From Dehalococcoidia bacterium (GTDB lineage: Bacteria > Chloroflexota > Dehalococcoidia > Lucifugimonadales > CATOSD01), in NCBI GenBank assembly GCA_965204815.1, contig OZ242014.1:1512532-1576531 (forward strand): a stretch of 64,000 nucleotides of DNA, in the 5' to 3' direction. Made by a program: the position numbers and the translations under genes. A model generated the notes under the pieces. That model was not told where the DNA came from. It did not search any database and saw only the letters and a list, made by a program, of their open reading frames with translations. Positions within the stretch are counted from its first letter, which is position 1. Every line of letters starts with the position of its first letter. Shown here in pieces: positions 44,183 through 53,566 of this stretch.

Positions 44183-44656
44183 TCAGTCCTCGCGCTTTGG
44201 TACTAGGAAGCGGCGGCGCAGCGTGAGAATCTGCTCCTCGCGCTGGTTGTAGCCGCGGCTTTCGATGTACACGATGCCCCTGTCCGGCCGGCTGCGCGAC
44301 TCCCGCACCTCCAGCACCTCGCTCTCGGCGTAGATCGTGTCGTCGTGGAACACCGGCCCGAGATGCCGTATCTGCTCGTACTCCAGGTTGGCTATCGCCT
44401 TGCCGGACGTGTCCCGCACGCTCATGCCCACCACCAGGCTTATAACGTAGGCGCCGTCGACCAGTATCTTGCCGTGCTGGTGGTTCTGCTGCATGTGGTG
44501 TTCGTCGATGTGCAGCGGGTTGTGGTTCATCGTCAGCAGGGAGAACAGGTGGTTGTCGAACTCCGTCACCGTCTTGCCCGGCCAGTGCTTGAACACGTCG
44601 CCGACTTCGAAGTCTTCCAGGTATCTGCCGTAACTGTCGCGGCCGTCGTGAATCAT
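44183..44656 (-). CDS. MaoC-like (R)-specific enoyl-CoA hydratase/dehydratase
   Basis: 157 aa hot-dog fold pattern: FSLLTMNHNPLHIDE. Confidence 0.8.
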   Translation of the reverse strand: MIHDGRDSYGRYLEDFEVGDVFKHWPGKTVTEFDNHLFSLLTMNHNPLHIDEHHMQQNHQHGKILVDGAYVISLVVGMSVRDTSGKAIANLEYEQIRHLGPVFHDDTIYAESEVLEVRESRSRPDRGIVYIESRGYNQREEQILTLRRRFLVPKRED

Positions 44657-45111
44657 CGTGTTTCTACCTCATCCTGATCATCGGGATAGTTTCCCATCGC
44701 GCGCAGAGTCTCGATCAAGGTATCGCCGGGCTGGTCGGCGAGCAGTTGGAGTGCAGTCACATTTCGCGTCTCATGCCGCTCATCTTGTAGGATCACGTAA
44801 TCCAAGCCAACTTCTTTTACGCGGTAACTCTCCCGCTGCTTGGGCGCCGCGATTGGGAAGCCCCTCGCCTTGTGTGTGCGAAGCGTCTCGGATAGCGTCG
44901 TCCAATGTGTGTCCAGCTTAATCGCCACCTGCTCTAGCTCCGACATCTTGAGCCGTTTCGACGCGCTCAAGACCTCGATGCCGATTACTTGGTCTCTCTG
45001 GTTGAAGTCTATGAGAATGTCCTGGTCCACTTGCTTGGTCGTGACGGTGCCGCCGCTATGGGACAGACGGAGATAGACGGCGTCAGCCGCCGCGTCATAC
45101 GTGATTTTCAT
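44653..45111 (-). CDS. DUF2283-domain protein with C-terminal extension (putative antitoxin)
   Basis: MKITYDAAADAVYLRLS...VIGIEVLSASKRL. Its ATG overlaps the upstream stop as ATGA. Confidence 0.65.
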   Translation of the reverse strand: MKITYDAAADAVYLRLSHSGGTVTTKQVDQDILIDFNQRDQVIGIEVLSASKRLKMSELEQVAIKLDTHWTTLSETLRTHKARGFPIAAPKQRESYRVKEVGLDYVILQDERHETRNVTALQLLADQPGDTLIETLRAMGNYPDDQDEVETR

Positions 45112-45374
45112 GGCGAACTCTCCCATCGCCCGTATCTGGCTATGACTGTGACTATGACTTGAGAAATGCCATCTTCAGCGTATATCACTGTCACTTCTTT
45201 GTGCGGATACAACCCGCCGTCCTCTTCGTAACCTTCCGTGAACACACTACGTCGTCCCAATCGTGGTTGCCTTACTTGAACCTCGTCGCCGAACTTAAGA
45301 GTTTCAACGACTTCATACTCTGAGACTCCTCTTTCGGCCATCTGATCCCTGGCATGGATTGTAAACTTGACCAT
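45108..45374 (-). CDS. DUF4258-domain protein (putative toxin)
   Basis: MVKFTIHARDQMAERGVSEYEVVETL matches the DUF4258 N-terminal pattern. The start was chosen at the internal Met, because the longer ORF overlaps the acyl-CoA dehydrogenase gene. Confidence 0.65.
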   Translation of the reverse strand: MVKFTIHARDQMAERGVSEYEVVETLKFGDEVQVRQPRLGRRSVFTEGYEEDGGLYPHKEVTVIYAEDGISQVIVTVIARYGRWESSP

Positions 45375-45390
45375 CGACTGAGACACTGCC

Positions 45391-46554
45391 CTATATCTTA
45401 TACTTTTGCAGCAGCCGGCGCGCAATCACGAGCTTCTGGATTTCGTTGGTGCCCTCACCGATAATCATCAGCGGCGCGTCGCGGTAGTAGCGCTCCACAG
45501 GGAAGTCCTTGATGAATCCGTAGCCGCCGTGTATCCGCATCGCGTCCAGCGAGACCTGCTGGCATATCTCGCTGGCGTACAGCTTGGCCATGCCCGCCTC
45601 CAGGTCGATGCGCTCCTGGCCGGCGTCCTTCTTCGCGGCGGCGTCGTAAGTGAGCAGCCGGGCCGCCTGCACTTTCGTCGCCATGTCCGCCAGCATGAGC
45701 TGTATGGCCTGGTGCTCGGCGATGGGGACGCCGAACGTCTTGCGCTGCTGGGCGTAGCGGAGTGCGGCGTCGAGCGCGGCGTCGGCCACGCCCACCGCTC
45801 GCGCGGCGACATTGATGCGCCCCGTCTCCAGCGCTCCCATCACCTGCCGGAAGCCCTGCCCCTCGACATCGCCCACCAGGTTGTCCGCCCCAACGCGGCA
45901 GTCATCGAACACCAGCTCGCAGGACTCGATGCCGCGATAGCCCAGCTTGTCGAGGTGACGACCCACGCTGAAGCCGGTCGATGGCTTCTCGACCACAAAG
46001 CAGCTTATGCCGCGGTAGGCTGGCTCCGCCTCCGTGTCCGTCTTGGCCAGCACCGCGAAGGCGTTGCCGTTCTCCGCGTTCGTGATGAACATCTTGGAGC
46101 CGTTCAGCACGTACTCCTCTCCGTCCTTCACGGCGGTCGTGCGTATGCCCTGCACGTCGCTGCCGGCGTCCGGCTCCGTGAGACCGAGGCCGCCGCGAAT
46201 CTCACCCGACGCCATTCGCGGCAGGAACCTCCGCTTCTGCTCCTCCGTGCCGCCGTTGGCGACGACGTGCGCCAGCACGTGGTGCGTGCCGATAATGCCG
46301 CTGACGCTCATCCAACCCTTGCTCAGCTCCTCGAAGATCATGGCGAACGTGGTGTGATCCAGACCCATCCCGCCGTACTCTTCGGGGATGGTGATGCCGA
46401 ACAGCCCCATCTCGCGCATCGGCTCCACCAGCTCGTGCGGGTAGATGTCCTCGTTGTCGTACCTGTCCGCAATCGGATTGACCTCTCGCCGGACGAAGTC
46501 CCGCACCATGTTCACTATCTGGCCGCGGACTTCCGCAGAAGTGTTCGTGCTCAA
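45391..46554 (-). CDS. Acyl-CoA dehydrogenase
   Basis: 387 aa. GLTEPDAGSD, catalytic-base region YASE, C-terminal IGEGTNEIQ. Confidence 0.9.
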   Translation of the reverse strand: MSTNTSAEVRGQIVNMVRDFVRREVNPIADRYDNEDIYPHELVEPMREMGLFGITIPEEYGGMGLDHTTFAMIFEELSKGWMSVSGIIGTHHVLAHVVANGGTEEQKRRFLPRMASGEIRGGLGLTEPDAGSDVQGIRTTAVKDGEEYVLNGSKMFITNAENGNAFAVLAKTDTEAEPAYRGISCFVVEKPSTGFSVGRHLDKLGYRGIESCELVFDDCRVGADNLVGDVEGQGFRQVMGALETGRINVAARAVGVADAALDAALRYAQQRKTFGVPIAEHQAIQLMLADMATKVQAARLLTYDAAAKKDAGQERIDLEAGMAKLYASEICQQVSLDAMRIHGGYGFIKDFPVERYYRDAPLMIIGEGTNEIQKLVIARRLLQKYKI

Positions 46555-46558
46555 GTCT

Positions 46559-47695
46559 CTATCCTTTCGGCATCAGTTCAATTGCGCGATGGTCGTCGAC
46601 GGCAGAGGCTATCCTGCTCAGAATCGTCTCGAACAGATTCATTCCCCGCTCGGTGTCACGCTCCGCCGCCGCGTCTGCGATGACGCCCAGCATAAGGCAG
46701 GATAGCAGCGAGAGGCGGTAGTCCTCCAGGCAGCGCTCCAGATCGTAGTCCGCGACACCGTGCTCCGCGAGAGTCGACACGTAGAGCTTCAAGAGGTCCC
46801 GCTCCCGCGACCTGCGTGTATCCGGGCTGAGGCAGCCGGAGATAAACCAGGCGACGTCGAACACCCCCCGGCCCTTGCGAAAGAGCTGCCAGTCGACCAC
46901 GGCAAACGCCTCTCCGCCGGGCAGGTCGAAGAACATGTTGTCGAGCCGAAAGTCGCCGTGGACCAGCGTCTGCGGAGGCTGAGCAGTCCGGCTCCTCACG
47001 GCGGCGACGTTTGTGCAGAGCCTCTCTCCGACCTCATGCAGCGAGCTCGGCAGTCCGCCTTCCGTCTCCGAATTGAGCCGCGCCCACGAGCGCTGGTAGA
47101 GACGCTCAAGCCCGGCGGACCCGGAGTCTGCGCCTCTCATCCAGTCTAGCTCCGCATGTTCCGTGTTCTCCCACCAAGCCGCGTGGAATCGCGCGATCTC
47201 CCGCACGGCCAGCGCGGCCTCCTCCGCGGAGCAGCCCGCAAGCTGGTCTCCCGCGCGGGCAGGGGCGAGGTCCTCCAGCAGCAGCACGAAGTCGCCGGTC
47301 TCAGCGTCGAATCGGCTGTAGTAGGGACGGGGAGTGCGCAACGGGATGCGTGGCGCTATCCGCTCGTAGAACCCCACTTCTCTTTCGTACATGCTGTTGG
47401 CGCGGGCTACGCTTCGCATCACGCGATTCCCAGTGGGCAGCTTGACGATCAGCGAGTGTGGAGCGGTCGGCTCAGCGACCGTGTACCGCACGTTCAGCCG
47501 GGCCAGCGTTCCGACGAACCCCCGGTCTTCGGTAAGGCTCGATGCGTCTACCGAGGCGACAGACGCAACGGTTATCGCGCCCGTCGACCGCAGCGCCCCA
47601 GTCAGCCACTCGGGCGTGACGGCCTCCAGGCCGGCCGGGATCCTGGGGCAGGGTGGTGGCCACGCGGGACTACTATGGGAGGCCAAGGTACTCAA
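46559..47695 (-). CDS. Phosphotransferase-family (APH/CHK-like) kinase
   Basis: LVHGDFRLDNMFF catalytic loop and VVDWQ motif. Adjacent to the acyl-CoA dehydrogenase gene. Confidence 0.75.
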   Translation of the reverse strand: MSTLASHSSPAWPPPCPRIPAGLEAVTPEWLTGALRSTGAITVASVASVDASSLTEDRGFVGTLARLNVRYTVAEPTAPHSLIVKLPTGNRVMRSVARANSMYEREVGFYERIAPRIPLRTPRPYYSRFDAETGDFVLLLEDLAPARAGDQLAGCSAEEAALAVREIARFHAAWWENTEHAELDWMRGADSGSAGLERLYQRSWARLNSETEGGLPSSLHEVGERLCTNVAAVRSRTAQPPQTLVHGDFRLDNMFFDLPGGEAFAVVDWQLFRKGRGVFDVAWFISGCLSPDTRRSRERDLLKLYVSTLAEHGVADYDLERCLEDYRLSLLSCLMLGVIADAAAERDTERGMNLFETILSRIASAVDDHRAIELMPKG

Positions 47696-47705
47696 TGCAG
47701 ACGGG

Positions 47706-48968
47706 CTACCGGTTCAGCCGCGGGAACTGCTTGACGCCCACGTTCTTGGCCGACACGCCCAGCACCTTAAGAAACCCCTCGGCGTCCACGTGGTCGTAGC
47801 TGCCCATCGCCTCCATCGACGAGTCGTCGGTGTACAACGAGTGAGGCATCGCCTCCGGCGTGTCGTCGGCGGTCTCGAAGAAGATGCCGCCCCTGTACAG
47901 CCGCACCGAGATCGTGCCGGTCGCCATCCGGCGCATCGGCTCAAGGCCCGCCAGCGCGGCGGTTGTCGCCAGGTCCAGCCAGTATCCCTGGTATATCTGC
48001 AGGCTGATGGTGCGCGACAGCATCTCGAACAGCTCGCGGGCGCGCCTGTCGAGCACGAACTGGAGCAGGTACTCGTAGCTGAGACCAAGCAGCTCCATGC
48101 CGGGCGCTTCGTACAGCCCCCGCGACTTCACACCGACGAAGCGGTTCTCGACCACGTGCGTGCCAATTCCCACCCCGTGCCTTCCGGCGACCTCGTTCGC
48201 CCGCTCGAACATTGCCACCAGCCCCAGCGCGTCCCCGTTCAGTGCGACAGGCACGCCTTCCTCCCAGCGCACCGTCACCACCTCCGCGCGGTCGGGCGCG
48301 TCCCAGGGCCAGACGCCCATGCCCGGCTCCACGAACCCGGGGGCGATGCGAACGTCCTCCAGGTCGCCCGCCTCGTGTGTGAGACCCAGGAAGTTGGCGT
48401 CGGTCGAATAGCGCGACTCCCGCGCGGGCCGTATCGGCAGCCCGTTCGCCTCGCAGTACTCGATCATCTGCTGCCGGCCGGGGAATCGTTCCACGAACTC
48501 CGGGTCGCGCCAGGGCGCATAGACCTCGATCTCAGGCTGAAGCACGTTGGATGCCAGGTGGAAGCGCACCTGGTCGTTGCCGCGGCCCGTCGCGCCGTGG
48601 AACAGCACTCCGACGTCCTCGCGCTCCATCTCGCCGAGGATGGCCTCCGTGGTGACGGGGCGCGCTATTCCGGTGGTGTTCCAGTAGCCGCCCTCGTACC
48701 GCGCCTGCGCCTGGATGACCTGCAGGCCTGCCTCGGCCAGCGCATCCTTGCCCGGCACGATGGCGGCAGTCTCTGCCCCACACCCCAGCATCCTGTCTCG
48801 CACCGCTTCCAGGTTTTCCTCGTCCGGCTGACCCAGGTCCACCGTGTAGCAGCGGACGGCGAAGCCCTTCTCGCTCAGCCAGTGCGTCACGGTGCAGCTA
48901 TCGAGTCCGCCCGACACCGCGCCGCCCACGGTCGCGAGTCCCTTGTCCTGTAATTCGCGCCAGTTCAT
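47706..48968 (-). CDS. argG: Argininosuccinate synthase
   Basis: AVSGGLDS PP-loop, HGATGRGNDQVRF. The start was set at the internal Met (MNWRELQDKG); the track ORF extends to 49037. Confidence 0.85.
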   Translation of the reverse strand: MNWRELQDKGLATVGGAVSGGLDSCTVTHWLSEKGFAVRCYTVDLGQPDEENLEAVRDRMLGCGAETAAIVPGKDALAEAGLQVIQAQARYEGGYWNTTGIARPVTTEAILGEMEREDVGVLFHGATGRGNDQVRFHLASNVLQPEIEVYAPWRDPEFVERFPGRQQMIEYCEANGLPIRPARESRYSTDANFLGLTHEAGDLEDVRIAPGFVEPGMGVWPWDAPDRAEVVTVRWEEGVPVALNGDALGLVAMFERANEVAGRHGVGIGTHVVENRFVGVKSRGLYEAPGMELLGLSYEYLLQFVLDRRARELFEMLSRTISLQIYQGYWLDLATTAALAGLEPMRRMATGTISVRLYRGGIFFETADDTPEAMPHSLYTDDSSMEAMGSYDHVDAEGFLKVLGVSAKNVGVKQFPRLNR

Positions 48969-49047
48969 ATCTCTGTCCTCGATCCTAGGTACGTTTGGAA
49001 GGCAACGTTGTATGGTCGCTGAAGACCTGCCCAGCACTGGGCCGGAC

Positions 49048-51633
49048 CTACTCTTGCTGTCTTGCCTGCTCCTGAAAGTCGTACAGCTTGTTGATCGCCT
49101 CGATTGGAGTCAGCGAGTCTACGTCCAGCGCGAGCAGTTCCTCGAGCACGGGCGGCGTGTCCGCCAGCAGCGTAAGCTGGCGCGGCGCCGGCTCGCGTTT
49201 CGAGTAACCCTTGCGGTCCGCCGCGCCGTCGCGCCGCCCTCCGCTCTCCAGTTCCCGCAACAGCTCCCAAGCGCGGTTGACCACGCCCCCAGGCAGCCCG
49301 GCCAGCCGCGCCACGTGCACGCCGTAGCTCCTGTCGGCTCCCCCGGGCACGATGCGCCGCAGGAACACCACCTCGCCCCTGTCCTCGGACACCGACACGT
49401 TGTAGTTGCGCGCTCGCGGCAGCGACTCGGCGAGCTGTGTCAGCTCATGGTAGTGTGTCGCGAACAGCGTCTTGCACCCGAGCCGCGGGTGGCTGTGGAT
49501 GAATTCCGCCACCGCGCGCGCGATAGCCAGTCCGTCGTAAGTGCTGGTGCCGCGGCCTATCTCATCAAGGATGATGAACGAGCGTGGTGACGCGTGGTTC
49601 AGAATCGAAGCCGTTTCCAGCATCTCTACCATGAAGGTGGACTGGCCCTTTGTCAGGTCGTCCTGCAATCCCACGCGCGTAAAGATGCGGTCCACCAAGC
49701 CGATAGCGGCGGACTCCGCGGGCACGAAGCTGCCGATCTGGGCCATCAGCGCGATGATCGCGCCCTGCCGTATGTACGTGGACTTCCCTGCCATGTTCGG
49801 CCCGGTGAGAATGACCAGCGCCTCGTCGCTGTTGGACAGCCGCATGTCGTTCGGCACGAACGCGCCCGGCGGCATCGTGCGCTCCACCACCGGATGCCGG
49901 CCCTGCCGTATGTCCAGAACGTCGCCTTCGTTAAGCTTGGGGCGCACGTAGCCGTGCCTCGAGGCTACGTCGGCCAGAGAGCAGTAGACGTCGACCTCGG
50001 CTAGGCCCGCGGCGGTGCGCAGTATGGCCGCGCCCGCGTCCGCCACCTGCCTGCACACCTGCCGGAACAGAGAGTTCTCCAGCGCTCCTATCCTCTCCTG
50101 GGCGTTGAGGATGCGCGATTCGTACTCCTTCATCTCCGGCGTGATGAACCGCTCGCCGCCGACGAGAGTCTGCCGCCGCACGTAGTTGTCCGGCACCTGC
50201 GACAGATTCGGCTTGCTGACCTCGATGTAGTAGCCGAACACTCGGTTGTAGCCGACCTTGAGCGATTTGACGCCGGTGCGCTCGCGCTCCGAGCGCTCGA
50301 GCCCGGCGATGTAGTCCTGGGCCGACCGTGAAGCGCCCCGGAGCTCGTCAAGCTCCGGCGAAAATCCCGGGCGTATGACCTTGCCGTCCCCGGGCGCGGC
50401 CGCGGGGTCGTCGTCGATGGCGGCCCTCACCAGGTCGCACACCTCCCGGTTGTCCGCTATCTCTCGGGCCACGTGGGCGACCAGCCGCGAGTCGTCGTCC
50501 TCGCAAAGCACCACCCGCACCTTTGGCGCGGTCTCCAGGCTGGCGGCTATCGACACAAGGTCGGCGGGTGAGGCGCTGAGGCCGCGCACTCGATTGACCA
50601 GCCTCTCCAGGTCGGCCACGTCCTCCAGAAGCATGACCACGCGCTCCCTGCGAATCGAGCTGCGGTGCGCCCAGGCCACCGCGTCCTGCCGCTCGCCAAG
50701 CGCGTCCAGTTCGAGAAGCGGCTGGCCAATCCACCGCCTCAGCAGGCGGCCGCCCATGGCCGTTTTGGTGCGGTCCAGCACAGAAAAGAGCGACGCCCCG
50801 GACTCGCCCCAGCGTCCGCCCTCGAACAGCTCCAGGCTGCGGCGGGTCTGGGTGTCCAGCGTCATGTACGCGGAGACGGAGTAGGTGTGGAGCGAAGTTA
50901 TCTGGCCCACCGAGTCTCGCCGTGTGGCCAGGAGATAGTCGATGACGGCGCCCGCCGCCCGGACCGCCAGCGGCAGACGGTCGCATCCGAACGCCTCCAG
51001 CGAGGCTACGCCAAAGTGGCCGAGCAGCGCGTCTCTCGCCCATTCGAGCTGAAACGAGCCGGGTGGCGCCTCCGTAACAGCCGACTCAACCTCCACTTCC
51101 AGCGAGCCGTCGCCCTCCGGTACAAGAAGCTCAGCGGCCGCAAGCCGTGTCAGCTCGACGCCGAGCTGGGCCAGAGGTAGCTGCGTGGTGGCGAACTCGC
51201 TGGTGGAGATGTCGACGTAGGCCACGCCGGCTTGGTCGCCCTGGGTCACCGCCGCGGCCAGGTAGTTGTTGGTGTCAGCGGTAAGCAGCGAATCTTCCAG
51301 CACCGTGCCGGCTGTGACCACCCGGACGACCTCGCGGTCCACGAGGCCACGCGACGTCGCCGGGTCGCTGGTCTGCTCGCAGATGGCTACCTTGTAGCCC
51401 TTGCGGATGAGCCGCGCCAGGTAGGGCTCAAGGGCATGGTAGGGGATTCCGGCCAGGGGGACTCGCTGGCCGCGTCCCATCTCGCGGGAGGTGAGGGCGA
51501 TCTCGAGTTCTTTGGAGATTATGCGAGCGTCATCGTCGAACGTCTCGTAGAAATCCCCCATGCGGAACAGCAGGATTTCGTCCTCGTGCTCGCTCTTGAT
51601 GCGCAGGTACTGGCGCCTTGCCGGTGTGGTCAT
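49048..51633 (-). CDS. mutS: DNA mismatch repair protein MutS
   Basis: TPARRQYLRIKSEHEDEILLFRMGDFYETF N-terminus, GPNMAGKST Walker A, DEIGRGTSTYDG. Confidence 0.9.
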   Translation of the reverse strand: MTTPARRQYLRIKSEHEDEILLFRMGDFYETFDDDARIISKELEIALTSREMGRGQRVPLAGIPYHALEPYLARLIRKGYKVAICEQTSDPATSRGLVDREVVRVVTAGTVLEDSLLTADTNNYLAAAVTQGDQAGVAYVDISTSEFATTQLPLAQLGVELTRLAAAELLVPEGDGSLEVEVESAVTEAPPGSFQLEWARDALLGHFGVASLEAFGCDRLPLAVRAAGAVIDYLLATRRDSVGQITSLHTYSVSAYMTLDTQTRRSLELFEGGRWGESGASLFSVLDRTKTAMGGRLLRRWIGQPLLELDALGERQDAVAWAHRSSIRRERVVMLLEDVADLERLVNRVRGLSASPADLVSIAASLETAPKVRVVLCEDDDSRLVAHVAREIADNREVCDLVRAAIDDDPAAAPGDGKVIRPGFSPELDELRGASRSAQDYIAGLERSERERTGVKSLKVGYNRVFGYYIEVSKPNLSQVPDNYVRRQTLVGGERFITPEMKEYESRILNAQERIGALENSLFRQVCRQVADAGAAILRTAAGLAEVDVYCSLADVASRHGYVRPKLNEGDVLDIRQGRHPVVERTMPPGAFVPNDMRLSNSDEALVILTGPNMAGKSTYIRQGAIIALMAQIGSFVPAESAAIGLVDRIFTRVGLQDDLTKGQSTFMVEMLETASILNHASPRSFIILDEIGRGTSTYDGLAIARAVAEFIHSHPRLGCKTLFATHYHELTQLAESLPRARNYNVSVSEDRGEVVFLRRIVPGGADRSYGVHVARLAGLPGGVVNRAWELLRELESGGRRDGAADRKGYSKREPAPRQLTLLADTPPVLEELLALDVDSLTPIEAINKLYDFQEQARQQE

Positions 51634-51669
51634 GTCGCTTGACGAACGGTGAGACGCCGTTTCCGGTGT

Positions 51670-52470
51670 CTAGTCCTCTTTCCAGAACCGTTCCTCCTTC
51701 ACCTCGTACCCCTCCGGCAGCATTATCTCCTTCACCGCCTCGATCATGCCCGGATGGCCGCATGCGTAGACCATTGCGTTCTCCGGGCATAGGCCGAATT
51801 TGGCCACGTACTTGTCCAGAAGCGTGTTCACTCGCCCGGACTCGCCCTCCCACTCGCTGTTGTGCGGGTCGGCGGGCCGGCTTACCGTGGGCACGAATGT
51901 CACCAGGTCGGGATGCTTCGCCTGCAGCCGCGCAAGTTCGCCGTCGTAGATGAACTCGTCGTGGTAGCTCGCGCCCATCAGCACGTAAAAGTGGTGGCCG
52001 CTCATGCCGTCGTGCAGATACTGGCGCAGGAAACTCACGTACGGCACCACGCCCGTCACCGTAGCGACCAGCAGCTGGGACGGGAGCTTGGGGTCGAAGG
52101 TGAATATACCCTTGGGGCGCGGTCTGATGGTCACGGAGTCGCCCACCTCGAGCTCCCACAGCTTGGGGGTAAGCACGCCGCCCTCCTCCGGATGAACAAG
52201 CTCGACGAACAGTTCCAGTGAGTCTTCGTAAGGCGCGGACGCGATGGAGTAGGCGCGCTCGATGCCGTCGATGCCTATTGTGCAGTACTGGCCCGGCTTG
52301 AAGGTGTATCCCTCGGGCTTCTCTACCCACATGAGCATTAGATCCGGGGTGTAGTCCTCCCTCTTGACCACTTTGACCTTGGAGAGCTTGACTGGCCTGA
52401 ACCTTCTGAGCGTTGCCAAATTCCAGTACCTCCTGCCTTCTATCTTGCCACAAACGGCCCGCTCAATCAA
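51670..52470 (-). CDS. Ferredoxin-NADP reductase-like FAD/NAD(P)-binding oxidoreductase
   Basis: RAYSIASAP (RxYS FAD-binding motif) and an NAD-binding half; 266 aa. Confidence 0.75.
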   Translation of the reverse strand: MIERAVCGKIEGRRYWNLATLRRFRPVKLSKVKVVKREDYTPDLMLMWVEKPEGYTFKPGQYCTIGIDGIERAYSIASAPYEDSLELFVELVHPEEGGVLTPKLWELEVGDSVTIRPRPKGIFTFDPKLPSQLLVATVTGVVPYVSFLRQYLHDGMSGHHFYVLMGASYHDEFIYDGELARLQAKHPDLVTFVPTVSRPADPHNSEWEGESGRVNTLLDKYVAKFGLCPENAMVYACGHPGMIEAVKEIMLPEGYEVKEERFWKED

Positions 52471-52498
52471 AGCCTGAAGGTGGTCTCGAGACGGGTTT

Positions 52499-53548
52499 TC
52501 ACTCGCGCTCCAATTCCGACTTCAACTGTCCCAGGTCGTAGCCCTCGCTCCGGGTGCGAAGGTCGAAGTACGTCAGCGTGCCGCCGATGGTAATCAGCGG
52601 CGCGGCCAACGAGGCCGCGAAGGCCAGCACGAGGTTCAGCGTCGTGGTGTCCTCGGGAGCAATGAACCTGGCAGGAATGAAGAACGCCATCAGAATGAAC
52701 ACCGCGACGAGTATGAACATCGAGCCAATCACGAAGACACGGACGATGTGGCCTCTTACGAGCTGCCGGCTGCGGCCCAGCGCGAACAGCGGATTCAGTC
52801 GCTCGATGGCCACGGCGTGAGGCGCGAAGTAGAGCGTCACCAGGAAGTAGACGAACAGCGGAAAGCCGATGAGCACCGCCATCAGAATGGCCGACGCCAC
52901 GAGCGAGAACCCGATGATCAGCTGCACCAGCAGCATCGGCAACGCGACCTGCGCCGCTTCGGCCAGGCATCGCGAAAAGTGGACGCGCTCATATACGACC
53001 ACATGCGCCACGGCGAATATGGTGGCAGCGGTCGTAACGACGAGCAGAAGCAGGCTGAAGAACAGCGAGAAGATGCCCGCGACGGAAGGCTCTTCTATGT
53101 TCAAGGGAGAGACGAGCAGCGGTATCTGGGGCAGCGCGCCCAGCGGGAAGAACAGCCAGAAACGCCTGACGTATGTGACTCGTGCGCGTAGCAGCAGTTC
53201 CCCGATGGTAGAGGTGGGAATCTCGGCCCCATGCGACCCGGGCGGCAGCGGAGCCGGCAAGACGGCGGCTTCGCGTTCCGGGGTATCCTCCGTATCGCCC
53301 GCCCGCGGCTGCGGTTCGTCCCACTGAGAGGATTCGGCGTCAGCCGCGGTGTCGCCCCTCTCCTGAGACTCCTCCCCGCCGGCACGCGCGGGCGCCCGCG
53401 TTGCCCCGTAAGCCTGGCGAATGTCTATGGGCGTTGCGAGCGGCGATACGTCGGTTTCGCCATCGTAAGACGGATGCAACTCCGCACCGCAGTCGGAGCA
53501 GAACCTGGCGTCGTTGGCACTATCGAGTCCGCAGACTTCGCAGTTCAA
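52499..53548 (-). CDS. Zinc-ribbon N-terminus + polytopic membrane protein (paralog of 53567-54532)
   Basis: MNCEVCGLDSANDARFCSDCGAEL zinc ribbon, about 6 TM segments, conserved C-terminus TYFDLRTRSEGYDL. Confidence 0.6.
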   Translation of the reverse strand: MNCEVCGLDSANDARFCSDCGAELHPSYDGETDVSPLATPIDIRQAYGATRAPARAGGEESQERGDTAADAESSQWDEPQPRAGDTEDTPEREAAVLPAPLPPGSHGAEIPTSTIGELLLRARVTYVRRFWLFFPLGALPQIPLLVSPLNIEEPSVAGIFSLFFSLLLLVVTTAATIFAVAHVVVYERVHFSRCLAEAAQVALPMLLVQLIIGFSLVASAILMAVLIGFPLFVYFLVTLYFAPHAVAIERLNPLFALGRSRQLVRGHIVRVFVIGSMFILVAVFILMAFFIPARFIAPEDTTTLNLVLAFAASLAAPLITIGGTLTYFDLRTRSEGYDLGQLKSELERE

Positions 53549-53566
53549 TGCTTGCCCGCGCCCCCG

